The notes beneath the pieces were generated by a model that searched no databases, had not been told where the DNA came from, and saw only the letters and a list, made by a program, of their open reading frames with translations. Shown here piece after piece: positions 37,725 through 50,479 of a stretch of DNA of 63,697 bases. Position 1 is the first letter of the stretch, and the number at the start of each line of letters is the position of its first letter. The DNA lies in contig JAUZTB010000057.1 of the NCBI GenBank assembly GCA_034780895.1, forward strand, positions 22,382,419-22,446,115, given 5' to 3'. The position numbers and the translations under genes were made by a program. Source of the DNA: Rhynchobatus australiae (taxonomy: Eukaryota).

Positions 37725-37930
37725 AGGAAGCACAATAACAGGCCATATGGTCCATCAAGGCTGCTCTTGGATTTATCCCCAAACAAACTCCAATCCCACA
37801 TTCATGCCCTTTAACGTCCCTCCTTCCCAAGCAACAATCTAATTTCCTTGTAGAAGAATATACAGATTTCCCTCAAAACAAGATGTAGCGGGGAATTCCA
37901 AGCACCCAGGTATTTTGCTGAACTGGGGTG
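37725..37930 (-). mobile_element. CR1 3' fragment, decayed
   Basis: AACAGGCCATATGGTCCATCAAGGCTGCTC tail followed by CCCTTTAACGTCCCT...ATCTAATTTCC. Confidence 0.5.
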
Positions 37931-39099
37931 AATTGTTGGGTTGGGGTTCTGGTTCACCCTTCTCCTAGGCAAAGAGTTGATGAGTTTAATCATTACCACA
38001 GACAGAACGAGGGACTATCAAGGAGTGGTTTGGGGCCAGAGTTAGGAAGTGGGGAGCTTCCCTGGCTGCTAAACAAATGCAATGAAAGGCAATGAAAGTG
38101 CTCGTCCCTTTATGTGGTATCACTTGAACATAAGAGGAGACAAAAAGGAGAAATCTTTCAATAACAAAAAAAATCTTCCAATAGACATCATCTTATCCCT
38201 AGGTAATCTTTAAAAGGTCCCCAGTGCTGCAATCTGCCATGTATCTACACAATAACCTTGGATCATGGAGCGTTTTTAACTATCTATTCGCACCAGACTA
38301 TTCTTCGAGCTCATGACCCTCTTTATTAAAAGATTAATAGCAAATGGGATATACTCTCAGGACTCACTGCCTCAATGAAAAATAAACTTTACAAATGAAA
38401 TGGAAGCTTAATTTCCTCGTCTATCATTCTTGAAGCATGAGGTCCATTGCTATCCACCAGGCAGCATCTTCAAACTTAGATACCAAAACCTGAACATCAT
38501 TCAAATACTGCATATTGCAGCATGTCTTTTCACTTTATGTCACAAAAGCTCATAAGCTTCATTAGAGCTTAATTCTAAAGAGGGATATTCATAATGGATG
38601 AGCAACAATACTTGTGTGTTTTCAATCAAAAAGGTGAGCAAGCCAAATAGTTTGAAATTTACGATTAAGTTTTCAGTGTAATCTGGGAATAAACTGGACA
38701 AATGCCTGGCTCACACATCGTGTGGACATAACACGAGCAGCTTTTTTAATGCTGGATTTTTGTGCATCACCAACCCCTTTCTTAGAAGGGCAGGCTGATG
38801 ATCTCATAGCCTGTAGCTTGCTAATCTGACTGTAAACACTCCAGAATTCATTACCCTGAAGAACTTTCAACCTTGAGGCGATGGTTAGATTCAGCTGTGC
38901 TGGATTTCAACCCAGGGTTGCAGAAGTGAAAGTTAATGACTCTGAGGTTGCTGATTTCCAGTTTCTTTTTCTCATCTCTTCCTGTTTGTCACACTTGTCT
39001 TATTTTGGTAATGCTTCAGGGTACTGCAACTTTAATGAATTTCAAATGCATGATCCAAAATTCCCTCGCACTCATTCACCAGAAATCAGTCACAGGCAC

Positions 39100-39250
39100 A
39101 CAGTGACACAAAAAAATTCTGCAGATGCTGAATGTATCTGGAGCAATACACAAAATAATGCTGGAGGAACTCCAGCGGGTGAGGCAGCATCTATGGAGGG
39201 AAATAAACAGTCAACATTTCTGGCTGTGACCCTGTACTTCAGGTGGACTA
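39100..39250 (-). mobile_element. Penelope-like terminal repeat with degenerate hammerhead
   Basis: CTGCAGATGCTG...ATGCTGGAGGAACTCCAGCGGGTGAGGCAGCATCTATGGAGGGAAATAAACAGTCAACATTTC; minus-strand core CTGAAGT...GAAA-T-GTT-GACTG. Confidence 0.8.
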
Positions 39251-39314
39251 GCTTCTCTGGGATATTGACACTACAGAGAAAATCTTCCACCTCTAGTCTT
39301 TCTTCATTCATGGA

Positions 39315-39580
39315 TACAGGCTGGGAAGGCAGCATTTATTGCTTATCCCCAAATACCCATGAAAATGTGATGGTGAGGCACCTTCTTGAACTGCTGTAGT
39401 ATTTATAGTGATGGTACTCCTCCAGTGTTCAAGGATTTTGACCCAGCAACAGTGAAGCATGGTGAGGTGGCCATGATGGCGAGGTAGCTCAGAGGCAAGC
39501 ATGGTAGTGGTGCTTCATTACATCTGCTGCCCTTGTCCATCTCGGTGTAGAGATGACAAGTTTATGCATGGTGTGCTGTT
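39315..39580 (-). mobile_element. 3' end of a second CR1-like LINE family (also at ~46180-46460 minus and ~55790-56255 plus)
   Basis: CAGCATTTATTGCTTATCCC...GGATTTTGACCCAGCAACAGTGAAG...CATCTGCTGCCCTTGTCC is the reverse complement of motifs at 55960-56240 (AAGAAGGACTAGGGCAAGAGATGC). Confidence 0.6.
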
Positions 39581-39684
39581 GTTTACTTCCACTCCTTCAC
39601 AGAAGAAGACAGGAGTTTGGACAATGGAAGGGCAACATGCTACAAGTCAGGCTGAAACACCATCCATGCATTATGGAGCCACTT

Positions 39685-39790
39685 AGCAGGTCAGTTCTAG
39701 TCAAAGGAATTTAACCTGAAACGTTAACAGCATTTCTCTCCATAGATGCTGCCTGACCTGAGTATTTCCAGCATTTTCTCTTCTTATTCC
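39685..39790 (+). mobile_element. Penelope-like terminal repeat, decayed
   Basis: AACCTGAAACGTTAAC...TCTCTCCATAGATGCTGCCTGACCTGAGTATTTCCAGCA; retains GAAA plus palindromic AACGTT. Confidence 0.7.
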
Positions 39791-40060
39791 ACATTCTCTT
39801 GTTGCCTTTTTGCTTTACCATTAGTAAATTATCTGCATTGACTTCAGGAGATCTTCCTGTGAGTTTCCTAAGATGGTCTTGCCTCAGACCATTCTGATGG
39901 AGCTGAATAATAAAAAACAACTTGCCTTATTCACTTCAGTGCTTCTGGAATTATAATTGTGTAATAATTCATAATGCCCCTAATGCTCCAGAGTTCAGCA
40001 GTTTCTCCCATGTATTGAACAGGAGGATACTATAAAGTGAAATATTTGTTTTCCATTCAT

Positions 40061-40430
40061 TGGCTGGGTAGCACTCCAACCTGTGCACCAGAGTGCAGTG
40101 AGCTCAGTTCACTCTTGGCCTCCCCGACCTGGGATGATGTGCACCACTGACAGATGTGCCAGCTCTTGGACAAACCAGTTGCCTGTCAGGTGGATGTAAA
40201 ACATCCTAAGGCGCTATTCAAAAGGTAGGAGGGATCTCCTGCTCGGAGACCTTTCAACCAGCATTTAAAACAAGTAAACTGGTTATTTATATCATTGCTA
40301 TTTGTGAAAGATTGAAGTATGCAAGTTGGCTGCTGTGTTTCCCATTATACAAAGATTCCTTTGGGGACAAAGCATTTTGGGACAACCTGGCATATGGGAG
40401 ATGTTATATAAATGCAAGTCTTACTTCATT
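40061..40430 (+). mobile_element. DeuSINE, decayed near full length
   Basis: TCAGGTGGATGTAAAACATCC, TCATTGCTATTTGTG...AAGTTGGCTGCTGTGTTTCCCATTA, and tail AAAGCATTTTGGGAC...TATATAAATGCAAGTCTT. Confidence 0.75.
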
Positions 40431-41109
40431 ACTTTTCTTATTTATCCCTGGTTATCTGATAGGGTGGTCTGAATTGTGATACTTTTCAGGACAAAGTCAA
40501 CATTGAATGTGGAACAGCAGTCACATAGACAGCTGCGGGTTTCTTTCATAATCTGTCAGTATTCATATCACTAGATTAATTAAATCCAAATTCAAATCCT
40601 TCCACAGAGGAAATCAAACTCCAGACTGCTCGTCCTGTACCCTGATCGTTTACTGGCCCAACCAATGAAAAACCTTGTACACTGTACTTGTGCTCAAAGC
40701 CCAGCACTAACTTTCTGTCCAGGTTGTCAATAATAATTGATCATCTCTCAGTTGTGGGGCTCCCATGAGAAGAGCTTCATATCCAGTGAGACCAGAGCAA
40801 TCTGATCATAGTGGCTCAAATCAACTCACGGCTCAAGCAACATTGGTTCTTAGAGTTACCATGAAGCCTGTGGCTACATGAAACTGGCTAGAAGAGGCCG
40901 CCGCAATAGAGGGACAAGGAAACAGTTCTATAAAAGTGAGGGGAACACACAGAAAGCAAAAACATTGGAAATGCACAGCAAATCAACTGCCATTTCAAGT
41001 GAGGTTATTACCACAGGTGCATTCTTGCTTCTGGTAGGCCCTGGAAGAGATTCCTCAGGTAGATCCTACAAATTCTCTTTCTTGTATAGGTGGTAAGCAT
41101 GAAGTATGC

Positions 41110-41465
41110 CACAAATCACAGAATTACAGAAAGGCTGCGGCACAGAATGAGGTCATTTGGCCCATCATGTCTGCTGCGTTTCTCCATAGCAGAGCAAGGT
41201 TCATCTCCCAGTTCCTTCTCCATAGCCTTGCAAATATTTCCTCACCATATATTTATCCCATTTCCTCTTGAAAGCCACAGTGGAACTACCTCCACCACAT
41301 CTGCAGGCAGGGCATTCCAGATTCCAACCACAGAGTAAAAAAAAACTTTTCCTCATGCCACTTTTAAATCTCATACGCTTTATTTTGTACTCTGACCTCT
41401 AGTCCTTGCCCCCTCCACCAATGGGAGCAGCCTCCTAGTATATGCACTCTGCCCCAATCCTTCAA
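41110..41465 (-). mobile_element. CR1 3' fragment; ~42100-42570 is probably a further piece
   Basis: CACAGAATGAGGTCATTTGGCCCATC tail and GGCAGGGCATTCCAGATTCCAACCAC. Confidence 0.65.
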
Positions 41466-41479
41466 TTTATTAACATAGA

Positions 41480-42025
41480 TAATAGAGTTGTACATCACGG
41501 AAACTGGCCCTTCAGCCCACTGCTATCAAGTGCCATTTACACTAACTCTATTTTATTCTCTCCACATTTCCCTCAACTCTTGCCAGATTCTACCACTCAC
41601 CTACACACTCGAGATAATTTACAGTGGCCAATTAAAACTTTACTTTTAAAAATTTATTTACAGCACTGTAACAGGCCCTTCTGGCTCAACAAGTCCGTGC
41701 CACCCATTTAAATCCACGTTAATCTACCCATGTTAACCTCCAGAAACCGGAGCACCTGGAGGAAACCCACGCAGACACGGGGAGAATGTACAAACTCCTT
41801 TCAGGCAGCAACGGGAATTGAACCCCGATTGGCGCTGTAATAGCATCACACTAACCACTACGCCACCACTTTGGGATGTGTGAGAAAACCAGAGCACTGG
41901 GGGGGGATAACAACGTTATCCACAGGGAGAATGGTAATCTCCACACAGACAGCACCGAAGGTCAGGATTGAACCCAGGTTGCTGGAGCTGGTGAGGCAGT
42001 GACTCTCCCAGCTATTCCACTGGGT
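41480..42025 (-). mobile_element. Nested SINEs: long HE1-like SINE (41480-41635 plus 41869-42025) split by a short-subfamily SINE (~41636-41868)
   Basis: The inner element is the reverse complement of the 12025 family (TTTACAGCACTGTAACAGGCCC...GGGAATTGAACCC...CTAACCACTACGCCACCA). The outer element resumes at CTTTGGGATGTG and has its own B-box GGATTGAACCC. Confidence 0.85.
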
Positions 42026-43257
42026 TGGGCTCATCTGGTCCCAGTAACTTACCTACTTTAAGTTCAGCCAACCTTCTAATACCTTTTTGCTATCATTTTT
42101 TAAAAACATATATCCAGTGTCTCAATTATTTCCTTCTTCACTATTGCTTTGGGAGCACTCTTTTCCCCGGTGAAGGTAGATGCAAAATAGTCATTTAGTA
42201 CCTTAACTCTACACTCAGCATCCTTGTGCAAGTTCCCATTTTGTCCTTAACAGATCACTCCTCCACGTACCATCCTTTTACCAGTTATATGCCTAAAGGA
42301 CACATTTAGATTCCCATTTACATTGGCAGCTAATTTTGTCTAATATGTTCCTTTTGCCTCCCTTATTTTAGTCTTCACTTCTCCTTTGACTCTTTTGCAA
42401 TTAGTCTGGTTCTTCCTGGTATTTGCAATCTAACCTGTGTCATAATCAACCTTTTTTGTTCCATTTTCCTGTGTTATTTCTTTCAGCATTAAGTATGGTC
42501 TGGATTTGTTTGTTCTTCTTTTGCTCTTCATGGGAACGTGCCTCATCCTTACCCGAGAATGGACTGCACTCCAAAGGTGGCAATACTGTGCATTCCTAAA
42601 CACTTCCTGCTTTACTTCATTTCTGTTATTCGATTTTAAAAAAAGGGAAATGGACAGATTCCTGTCAGAAAACAGGATTTTGGATTCATAAAAACGCAGC
42701 ATGGGAATTTTCTGGATGGGTGGATTTTACAAACCAATGTTCTTCCCCTGTCTGAAGCTGATATTGATGATCCTTAAAGCAGGTCTGTTTGATCTGTTTC
42801 TTATCCTTCTCACAAACAACATACAGCTGCAAAACAAAGATCTCAATGCAAATTTAAAAAAAGTTGTACGGAACCCAAGCCTTTTTATGGTTTGTATCAG
42901 CACATCTTTCTCTTCCTCTTAAGTTCAGGAACTATGAGTAATATTTCCAGAGGAAACAGAATTGAGCTTGAAAGTGAAATTTGGATTTAAATATCTACAA
43001 AAAGCAAGTTGGTGAAGTATTGCTTAGGATGTCAGTGAAAACAGGGAGCAAAGAACCAAATAGCTTTTTTTAAAATGGGGGAAAAAAAAAATCAGGTTTT
43101 GAGACATAAAAGAAATCTCGAGGTAAATTCTGTTCAACTGCAAAATGATTATCCATTTCATATCTCTCCAAAGCAAATGATAGTCATTGAAGTTATAAGG
43201 CAACCTTTTAAATTCACTAGTCCATCTTTTATATACAATGTGAAGTTCCACCACAAT

Positions 43258-43340
43258 ATAAAACATAGAACAGTTCAGCGCGGGAACAGGACTTTGGCCC
43301 ATTGTGTCCGCACCAAGCATGATGCCAAATTAAACTGTTC
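43258..43340 (-). mobile_element. CR1/SINE 3'-tail fragment
   Basis: AACATAGAACAGTTCAGCGCGGGAACAGGACTTTGGCCCA, similar to the tail at 26865-26910. Confidence 0.65.
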
Positions 43341-44044
43341 TGCCTGCATGTGATCCATATCCAGCAATACATAGCAGGATCTTTTTCAACGAAGCACACT
43401 GTTGGACAGATGCACCTGTTATGGACACTTTTATCGATGTGCATTATTTTTTAAGTTTATACAGAGGAAAATATACTTCTTGGTTTGTGATACAAGATAT
43501 GTGCTCTGGTATTCAAGTCCTAATCACTACTTTCCTTCTTTACATATTCTCTCTCCCTCCTTCCTTCTGCCAGGCTCTCTCTTTCTCTTGTCTGCTTCAT
43601 CTCAATGATGCAACAACCAACAATTACACACATACTGTCATGGATTCACAGTCTGTCTTTAAACTGTCAAAACAGGATCCTTGGGTTAGTTTCCCAGTGA
43701 TTCTCAAACACGGAAAGACACATCCTGTTGCCTTCAAACTGTCGCTAGGAACATTGCACTTCACAGCTGTACAGAACATTCCCCTGCATGACAGGGCCAA
43801 GAAAAACAAGGAGGATGATGGCAGAAATGGAAAGTGTTCAACTGTGTGCACCGGACACAGTGAGATGAGTTGGCTCCTCATGGATGGAGTGTTTGTTATT
43901 CATGGCAAGTAGCAGCCAATAAAATCAGAGCCTTAAGGAGTTAGATCATCAGGTAGGGAAGGAATTGCACTGATGTCCTAGGAGACAGCAGGAGATGAAG
44001 ATTGAGGGGCAACCAGTCCTTCCAATGGTCCGAACCAGGGTGGG

Positions 44045-44115
44045 TCTTATGCAGGGATCAGACCCGACTTCGCAACCTTCTGACCCAGAACTAAGAGTGC
44101 TACCGACTGAGCCAT
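44045..44115 (-). mobile_element. tRNA-like SINE head remnant (DeuSINE type)
   Basis: CAACCTTCTGACCCAGA...AGAGTGCTACCGACTGAGCCA is the antisense of TGGCTCAGTCGGTAGCACTCT (A-box). Confidence 0.55.
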
Positions 44116-46649
44116 GACTGACATTAATTGCAGAGACAGAATAGGTTATATCTGCTCATCCTTCAAACTGACAGCCAGCTCATGTGGGCCATGCCTGGCA
44201 GGGGATCAAACATTCCCACAACTTATTCACAGCCTCGTGATGGCACAGCATGTGAATTCACTAACCCACTGTGCCAGAGGTCTGGGTTATTTTAACAAGT
44301 CCATTGAGCTTCTATTCAGATCTCTTTATCGCACTCCAGCAGTTCTCACTCTGCCTTCATACAAGTTAATAACTGGTTGTATTCCCATCATCTAATCACA
44401 TCAGGCTAATCACTTTTATACTGTTAGCAGATACAAGCACTTTTAATTAAGTACTAGTTTTACATCATAGCCAGAGTCAGTGGATAATGACTTGACAATG
44501 ATTAAGAAAACTTCTGTATGCAGACCAGCAAGCACTGGGGTGAGTGGGAAACAGGACAAGGGGAGCAGGGATCTGGAAGACCTCAAGTTAGAGGATAGAA
44601 GGCAAGAGTCATACATTGGATAAACCAAGTTAAGAGGGTTTCTGTAGCAGACGAACTGAGCCATGCTGAAGGTGGACAATGTTATATCCCAGTGAGAGCA
44701 CTGAGAGATAGTTGGAAGTTTGCCTTAAGATCAAGTACTGGACCAAGCTGGTGAACAGTCAAGTCAAGCCACAGACAAGAAGCTGGATGATGTCTGTGGC
44801 CAAGGAATGCAGTCTACAAAGTGGATTAAAATCAAGGGGGGGGGGAGAGGGCAGGAGGGGAAGAGGGATGAGGGCAGGGCTTCAGACTTCTCATTATTTT
44901 GTTGGAGGAAATTTGTACTCATCTAGTGCAAGATGTCTGACAATTGAGGCAGCAGAGAGGAGATGAAGCAGGGGGCCAGCAATACATGTGTGGAAACTGG
45001 CACTGTGTTTCTTTGAGCATTCTCACTGAGAGGCAATGTGCAGATGGATTACAGGAGGGGCTGAAGATGAATCTCAAAGGACTCCAACATAATGATGTAG
45101 GAGTGAGGAAAGAGGAATTTACAGGCATTTCTTTGGCTCAGGCTGGGTAAATAAGGAGAGAACCATCCTTCCACATCACAGTATCCTTTGATCCATTACC
45201 ATCAAAAATTTACCATGGAGTTTTGAAAGCTCCAAATGACGCTTCCCTTTATTTCAATATGTACAAGATAAAATATGGTATGTTCTTACATCAGCTTCAT
45301 TATTGTGGAGTCAACACTCTGAGATCATACATCTGATACCACCGGTGGGTCTGATTTAGCTCTCTGTAAATTAGTCCTGGAGCTAAGCAGTCTGGCAGCT
45401 GACTAAAATGCATAAATGTAAGCAAAATACTCACTCTTCCAACTGAGTATACTTCCACTGATACACCAATTTACTTCAGAACATGAATATCTATTATTCC
45501 AAGGAGTTAGTGATAAAGGAACAAAATATTATTTTTCTGCATCCTCAATGAGCTTTCTTTATAAAAGTGCGTGTTTGTGTTGAGCACACACTCCAGGCAC
45601 AAATGTACAGAGTGAAAGAGGCAGTGCTGTGCATCTGCAGTTTTATCAGCCAGAAAGGATTGTCAAAACAAACTTCACGTTGAGCATTAGCTGGAAAACT
45701 GTTTAAGACTNNNNNNNNNNNNNNNNNNNNNNNNNNNNNNNNNNNNNNNNNNNNNNNNNNNNNNNNNNNNNNNNNNNNNNNNNNNNNNNNNNNNNNNNNN
45801 NNNNNNNNNNNNNNNNNNNNNNNNNNNNNNNNNNNNNNNNNNNNNNNNNNNNNNNNNNNNNNNNNNNNNNNNNNNNNNNNNNNNNNNNNNNNNNNNNNNN
45901 NNNNNNNNNNNNNNNNNNNNNNNNNNNNNNNNNNNNNNNNNNNNNNNNNNNNNNNNNNNNNNNNNNNNNNNNNNNNNNNNNNNNNNNNNNNNNNNNNNNN
46001 NNNNNNNNNNNNNNNNTTAATAAAATGTTTTGTCACTAAAAAGTGGAGATTATAGGCAACTTAACGTCTTGCAAGTGGAAGGTGCATTATTGTCTGAAAC
46101 TTGCATTAAATCTTCAGTGGTCTTCAATGTTACTGCCTTAACTGCTGCACAGAGAAACTGTTTTTATTCATTTCTGGAGATAGAGGCATTCCTGGCAAGC
46201 CCAGAAATGCCTGTATCATTGCTCAGCTGTTCATTGCCCATCCCTATAAGTCTCCTTCTTAAACTACAGTTCTCTGGTGAACATATTCTCACAATACTAT
46301 TGGGTAAGAGGTGCCAAGATTTAAACCGATCGATAGCAAAGTAATGGTGCTGTTATTGCTAAGCAGGATAGAGTCCAACGGGAAGGTGGTGTTCCCATGC
46401 ACCCGCTGCTTTTGTCCTTGGCAGTAGGGGTTCTGGATTTAGGAGATGCTGCCAGGATCTTGCCAAGGCTTTTCCAAAGTGTATTTTGTAAATGATACAG
46501 ACTACAAGCCTATTAATGCTGAGGATAATTTTGAGCATTTAAATAACCGCAAAACACTTCGGTCCACCGGTTCCGGCTCAGGGCAGGGGTGGTTTCACAC
46601 TGCAGATGCTCCAGCAGCCCTGGAAGTGAGGAGAAGGGGAACAGAGTTG

Positions 46650-47690
46650 ACCAATTATGGCTCAGTGTTCAACACCATCGTCCCCCTCAGTATTAATCAC
46701 CAAGCTTCAAAAGCTGGGCCTCTGTAACTGGATCCTCAGCTTCCTTATCGGGAGACCACAGTCAGTGCAGATCAGTAATAACATCTCCCCATTCAGCAGA
46801 GGTGCACCTCAAGCAAGTGTGCTTATCCCACTGCTCTACTCTCTCTACACTCAAACTATGTGGCTAAGTACAGCTTAAACACCACCTATAAATTTGCCGA
46901 TGACATGACTGTTGTTGGTAAAATCTCAGATGGCAATGAGGAGGCATACAGGAGTGATAGTTTGGCTGATATCGCCTCACACTCAACATCAGCAAGACCA
47001 AAGAACTGATTGTGGACTTCAGGAAGGGGAAGTCAGGAGAACATACACCAGTCCTCACTGAGGGGTCAACAGTGGAAAGGGTGAGCAGTTTCAAGTTCAT
47101 GGGCGTCAGTGACTCCGACAAACTATCCTGGGCCCAACACATTGATGCAATCAAGGAGGAGGCATGCCAACAGCTCTACTTCATTAGGAGCTTGAGGATA
47201 TTTCATATGCCACCAAAGACTCTTACAAATTTCCATAGATGTACAGTGGAGAACATTCTAATTGGTTGCATTACCAGCTGGTATGGAGACTCCAGCATTA
47301 CAAGTGACTGCAGAGGGACATAGGCTCAGCCAGCTCCATCGCAGGCACAACCCTCCGCACTGTTGAGGACATCTTCAAGAGGCAATGGCTCAAGAAGGCG
47401 GCATCCATCATTATGGACCCTCACCATTCAGGACGTGCCCTCTTCTCGTTACTACCTTCAGGGAGGAGGTACAGGAGCCTGAAGACCCCGACACAATAAT
47501 TTAGGAGCAGCTTCTTCTCCTTCGCCATCAGATTTCTGAACAGTCCATGAACCTATGAACATTGCTTTGTTATTCCATTTTTTGCACTTTTTATTTTGTA
47601 ATTTATAGTAATTTTTATGTCTTTGCACTGTATTGCTGCCTTAAAACAACAAATTTCATATAAGTCAGTGATTGAACTTGATTCTGAATG
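46650..47690 (+). mobile_element. Rex1/Babar-clade LINE, 5'-truncated, frameshifted
   Basis: [42 protein letters not shown]...HTP...GS.VERVSSFKF; tail ends in GATTCTGA. Confidence 0.85.
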
Positions 47691-47714
47691 GGGATGATCC
47701 ATCCAGTAGTATAC

Positions 47715-47952
47715 TGCCTCTGTCTGCAAGGAGTTTGTACACTCTGTGTCTGCGTGGGTTTCCTCCGGGTGCTCCGGTTTCCTCCCACATTCCAAAGACA
47801 TAAGGGTTAGAAAGTTTTGGTCGTGCTATGTTGACACTGGAAGTGTGGCGACACTTGCGGGCTGCCCCAGATCATTCTACGCAAAGGTGCATTTCACTCT
47901 GTGTTTCGATGTACATGTGACTAATAAAGAAATCTTATCTCATCTTATCTTA
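47715..47952 (+). mobile_element. 5'-truncated V-SINE with a distinct 3' tail ending in (ATCTT)n
   Basis: V-domain GCGTGGGTTTCCTCCGGGTGCTCCGGTTTCCTCCCACATTCCAAAGAC, then GCATTTCACTCTGTGTTTCGATGTACATGTGACTAATAAAG-AAATCTTATCTCATCTTATCTTA. Confidence 0.8.
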
Positions 47953-48513
47953 CAAACCCTCCCACCAAGACAACTGGGGACTTCAAATTTGATTAAGATT
48001 CTGGAAGTTAAATGGAGAATAGATTTAGCAGCTGAATGGCCTACAGCCTTCTACTATGTTTTACAATAAGCAGCATTCATTCAAAGAAAAATACACAACA
48101 AGCAAGTTAAATTAGAAGAGTAAAAAAAAACTCATTTCCCAGTTNNNNNNNNNNNNNNNNNNNNNNNNNNNNNNNNNNNNNNNNNNNNNNNNNNNNNNNN
48201 NNNNNNNNNNNNNNNNNNNNNNNNNNNNNNNNNNNNNNNNNNNNNNNNNNNNNNNNNNNNNNNNNNNNNNNNNNNNNNNNNNNNNNNNNNNNNNNNNNNN
48301 NNNNNNNNNNNNNNNNNNNNNNNNNNNNNNNNNNNNNNNNNNNNNNNNNNNNNNNNNNNNNNNNNNNNNNNNNNNNNNNNNNNNNNNNNNNNNNNNNNNN
48401 NNNTGCAAACAGTTCATAAGGGGGCTGACCCGTAAATTGAAACTGGCACCTGCACTGTAGTACGAGGGAATTTAGTTCCTGCACCTCCTCATTTCACCAT
48501 CTTACCTCCCAAC

Positions 48514-48538
48514 CACACACACACACACACACACACAC
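48514..48538. repeat. (CA)12 microsatellite
   Basis: Read directly from the sequence. Confidence 0.95.
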
Positions 48539-50479
48539 TCCCCTCCCAAATCTAAATTAGCTTAAATTTGCCTTCATTAAGTAAAACTTTATGATGAAAG
48601 TGAGTATTCACTCTGTCTTCAGCCTATGGAACTGACAACAACCACCAAAAGAAAAATCAGTATAGTTGTATTTTAACAATGCTAGTGCCGTCTTCAGATG
48701 GGAGAAGGTACAAAATAGTGCGACTTGGTCAAATTTAGCTGCCTGTTTATCTTATTTTCTAACAAGCCTTACAAGTTTTTACACGTGATGAGATGGTTCC
48801 AGCACCACTTGCAGCCCTGTGCCACACCCTGCAGTACCGACAACATTATGTCCCAGGATCTTGTGTACCTGGCTATAATTCAATTCCCACAGAGCACACA
48901 GAACTTCAGATGCCAAGTTCAGTGGTCTCACTGCCCTTTGGTTCATTTGTTGTCGAGTTTCCACAGTCTTACCACGTACACTTTTATCCATCACTTTCAT
49001 GTTCACCTTTTGCTTACTGCTTATTCATGCAAAGCACTGGAACCTCCCTGTGTCAAGCCACGTGTGTCTTCTCATTTAAACCACTGTAGTAAACAGGATT
49101 TCACACTATATTCCAAAAATTAACTTGTTTCACACTTGCTTTGAGTTTCACTATATGTCATGAAATCAGAGTTGTTACAGCCCAGATAGAGGCCCAGCAA
49201 GTCTGTGTGTGATAATGTCCAATCTTTTGAAAGTTGCACATCACTGGTATTGCTAATAATGTATTTTATAATTGCAGGGATACAGTGTGCTTTGTTAGTA
49301 ACAGTGTAAAAGTCTCTATCATTTGATTGTGATTCAGAGGGCAAAGATGAAACACCATATTTGTATAAATACACGATGCAAGGTCTTGTTGTGCAAGAGA
49401 TAGCTCTGAATGCACCTCAGGCAAGTAATTCAATACTGCCTGACTAAGGAATTGAATTGGGCCAGTCATTGCCATTCACCCCAGGAGGCATTACTCAGCT
49501 CCTGTCATCCAGGGTTGAACTCCATATGATCTCCATGAGTTGAGAGAGCACTGCTACAAATGGAACACCACGGATCTGTTCAGTGATCTTAATGCTGCTT
49601 AGGTGACCCAGTGCTGCACTCATTCAATATTAAAGCCCCGTTTCAGATTTAAACTGTCATCAGGCCAAACTATATGGTTATTCATGGCCAGGTGCTTCAT
49701 CCCCTGAAAAGAAATGACAGATTTGAAATCAACTGAGATTGATTGTTTTACAAGCTTGTCGAGCTTAATTTAAAGTGCTGTCATCTCTGTGCATTGAGTG
49801 GGGGCAGGGAGGAGCTCACAGGAAATTAAAATTAACTGCAGCTCTTAAACTTTTGCTTCCTTCAACACATGAAAGGAAAAGCGCACAAAAATTATTGAGA
49901 GAAATGAATCGGAGGGTTGAATTCAAATACTTCCTTTAAGGAAAATACAGATTATTTTTCCTGGATAAACTGGAGTGTTTGCATAGAATTTTTTTTGCCC
50001 TTTTTGTGCACCTGACGACTAACCAGGGTCAGAAATTATGGCGTCTCCTATGTGAAGCCTGAAGTCTGTGATGAACAAAGGCTTACAGCATCATTGGGAT
50101 AGAGAAGGAGGAATAACACAGCACAGCTCGAGTACAGGACTTTCTCCAGTCCTTAAGTACCACAAGCACAGAGCAAATTCTTCTAGGCATCACTGCGTCC
50201 GAAGATACTGCAAATCAATGGGTTTGTGACACCTAACAACCCAGAGGAAACCTTCCCTTGATGTGAGGGAGCAGAAGATCCAGTCATCCCGGCTTCTTGT
50301 TCCCACCATGGAGGTTTATTCAGCTTCCCACGATCAGAGCTAACCCTCCTCAACCACTTCCTTTCTTCTGCTTGTTAGCATTCACTGCTTAAGCAAACAC
50401 ACTTGCATCCATACAGGGGTGGGGTGTCCACAGGAATTTAAATGTGGCCACTTCTGAAGGGACAGAGTAAATACATGCT

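Noticed and set aside
42430-42702. Minus ORF ending ...YDTG with ACAG|GTTAG, superficially like the end of the DTX1 WWE1 exon (FRQDTG)
   Set aside because: No WWE similarity upstream; overlaps decayed CR1 sequence.
45339-45348. Palindrome CCACCGGTGG
   Set aside because: 10-bp palindromes are expected many times by chance.
3686-50332. About seven YGTGGGAA RBPJ consensus matches across the window
   Set aside because: Roughly four are expected by chance in 60 kb on both strands, and I found no head-to-head paired site with 15-17 bp spacing. Mentioned only where other context exists.
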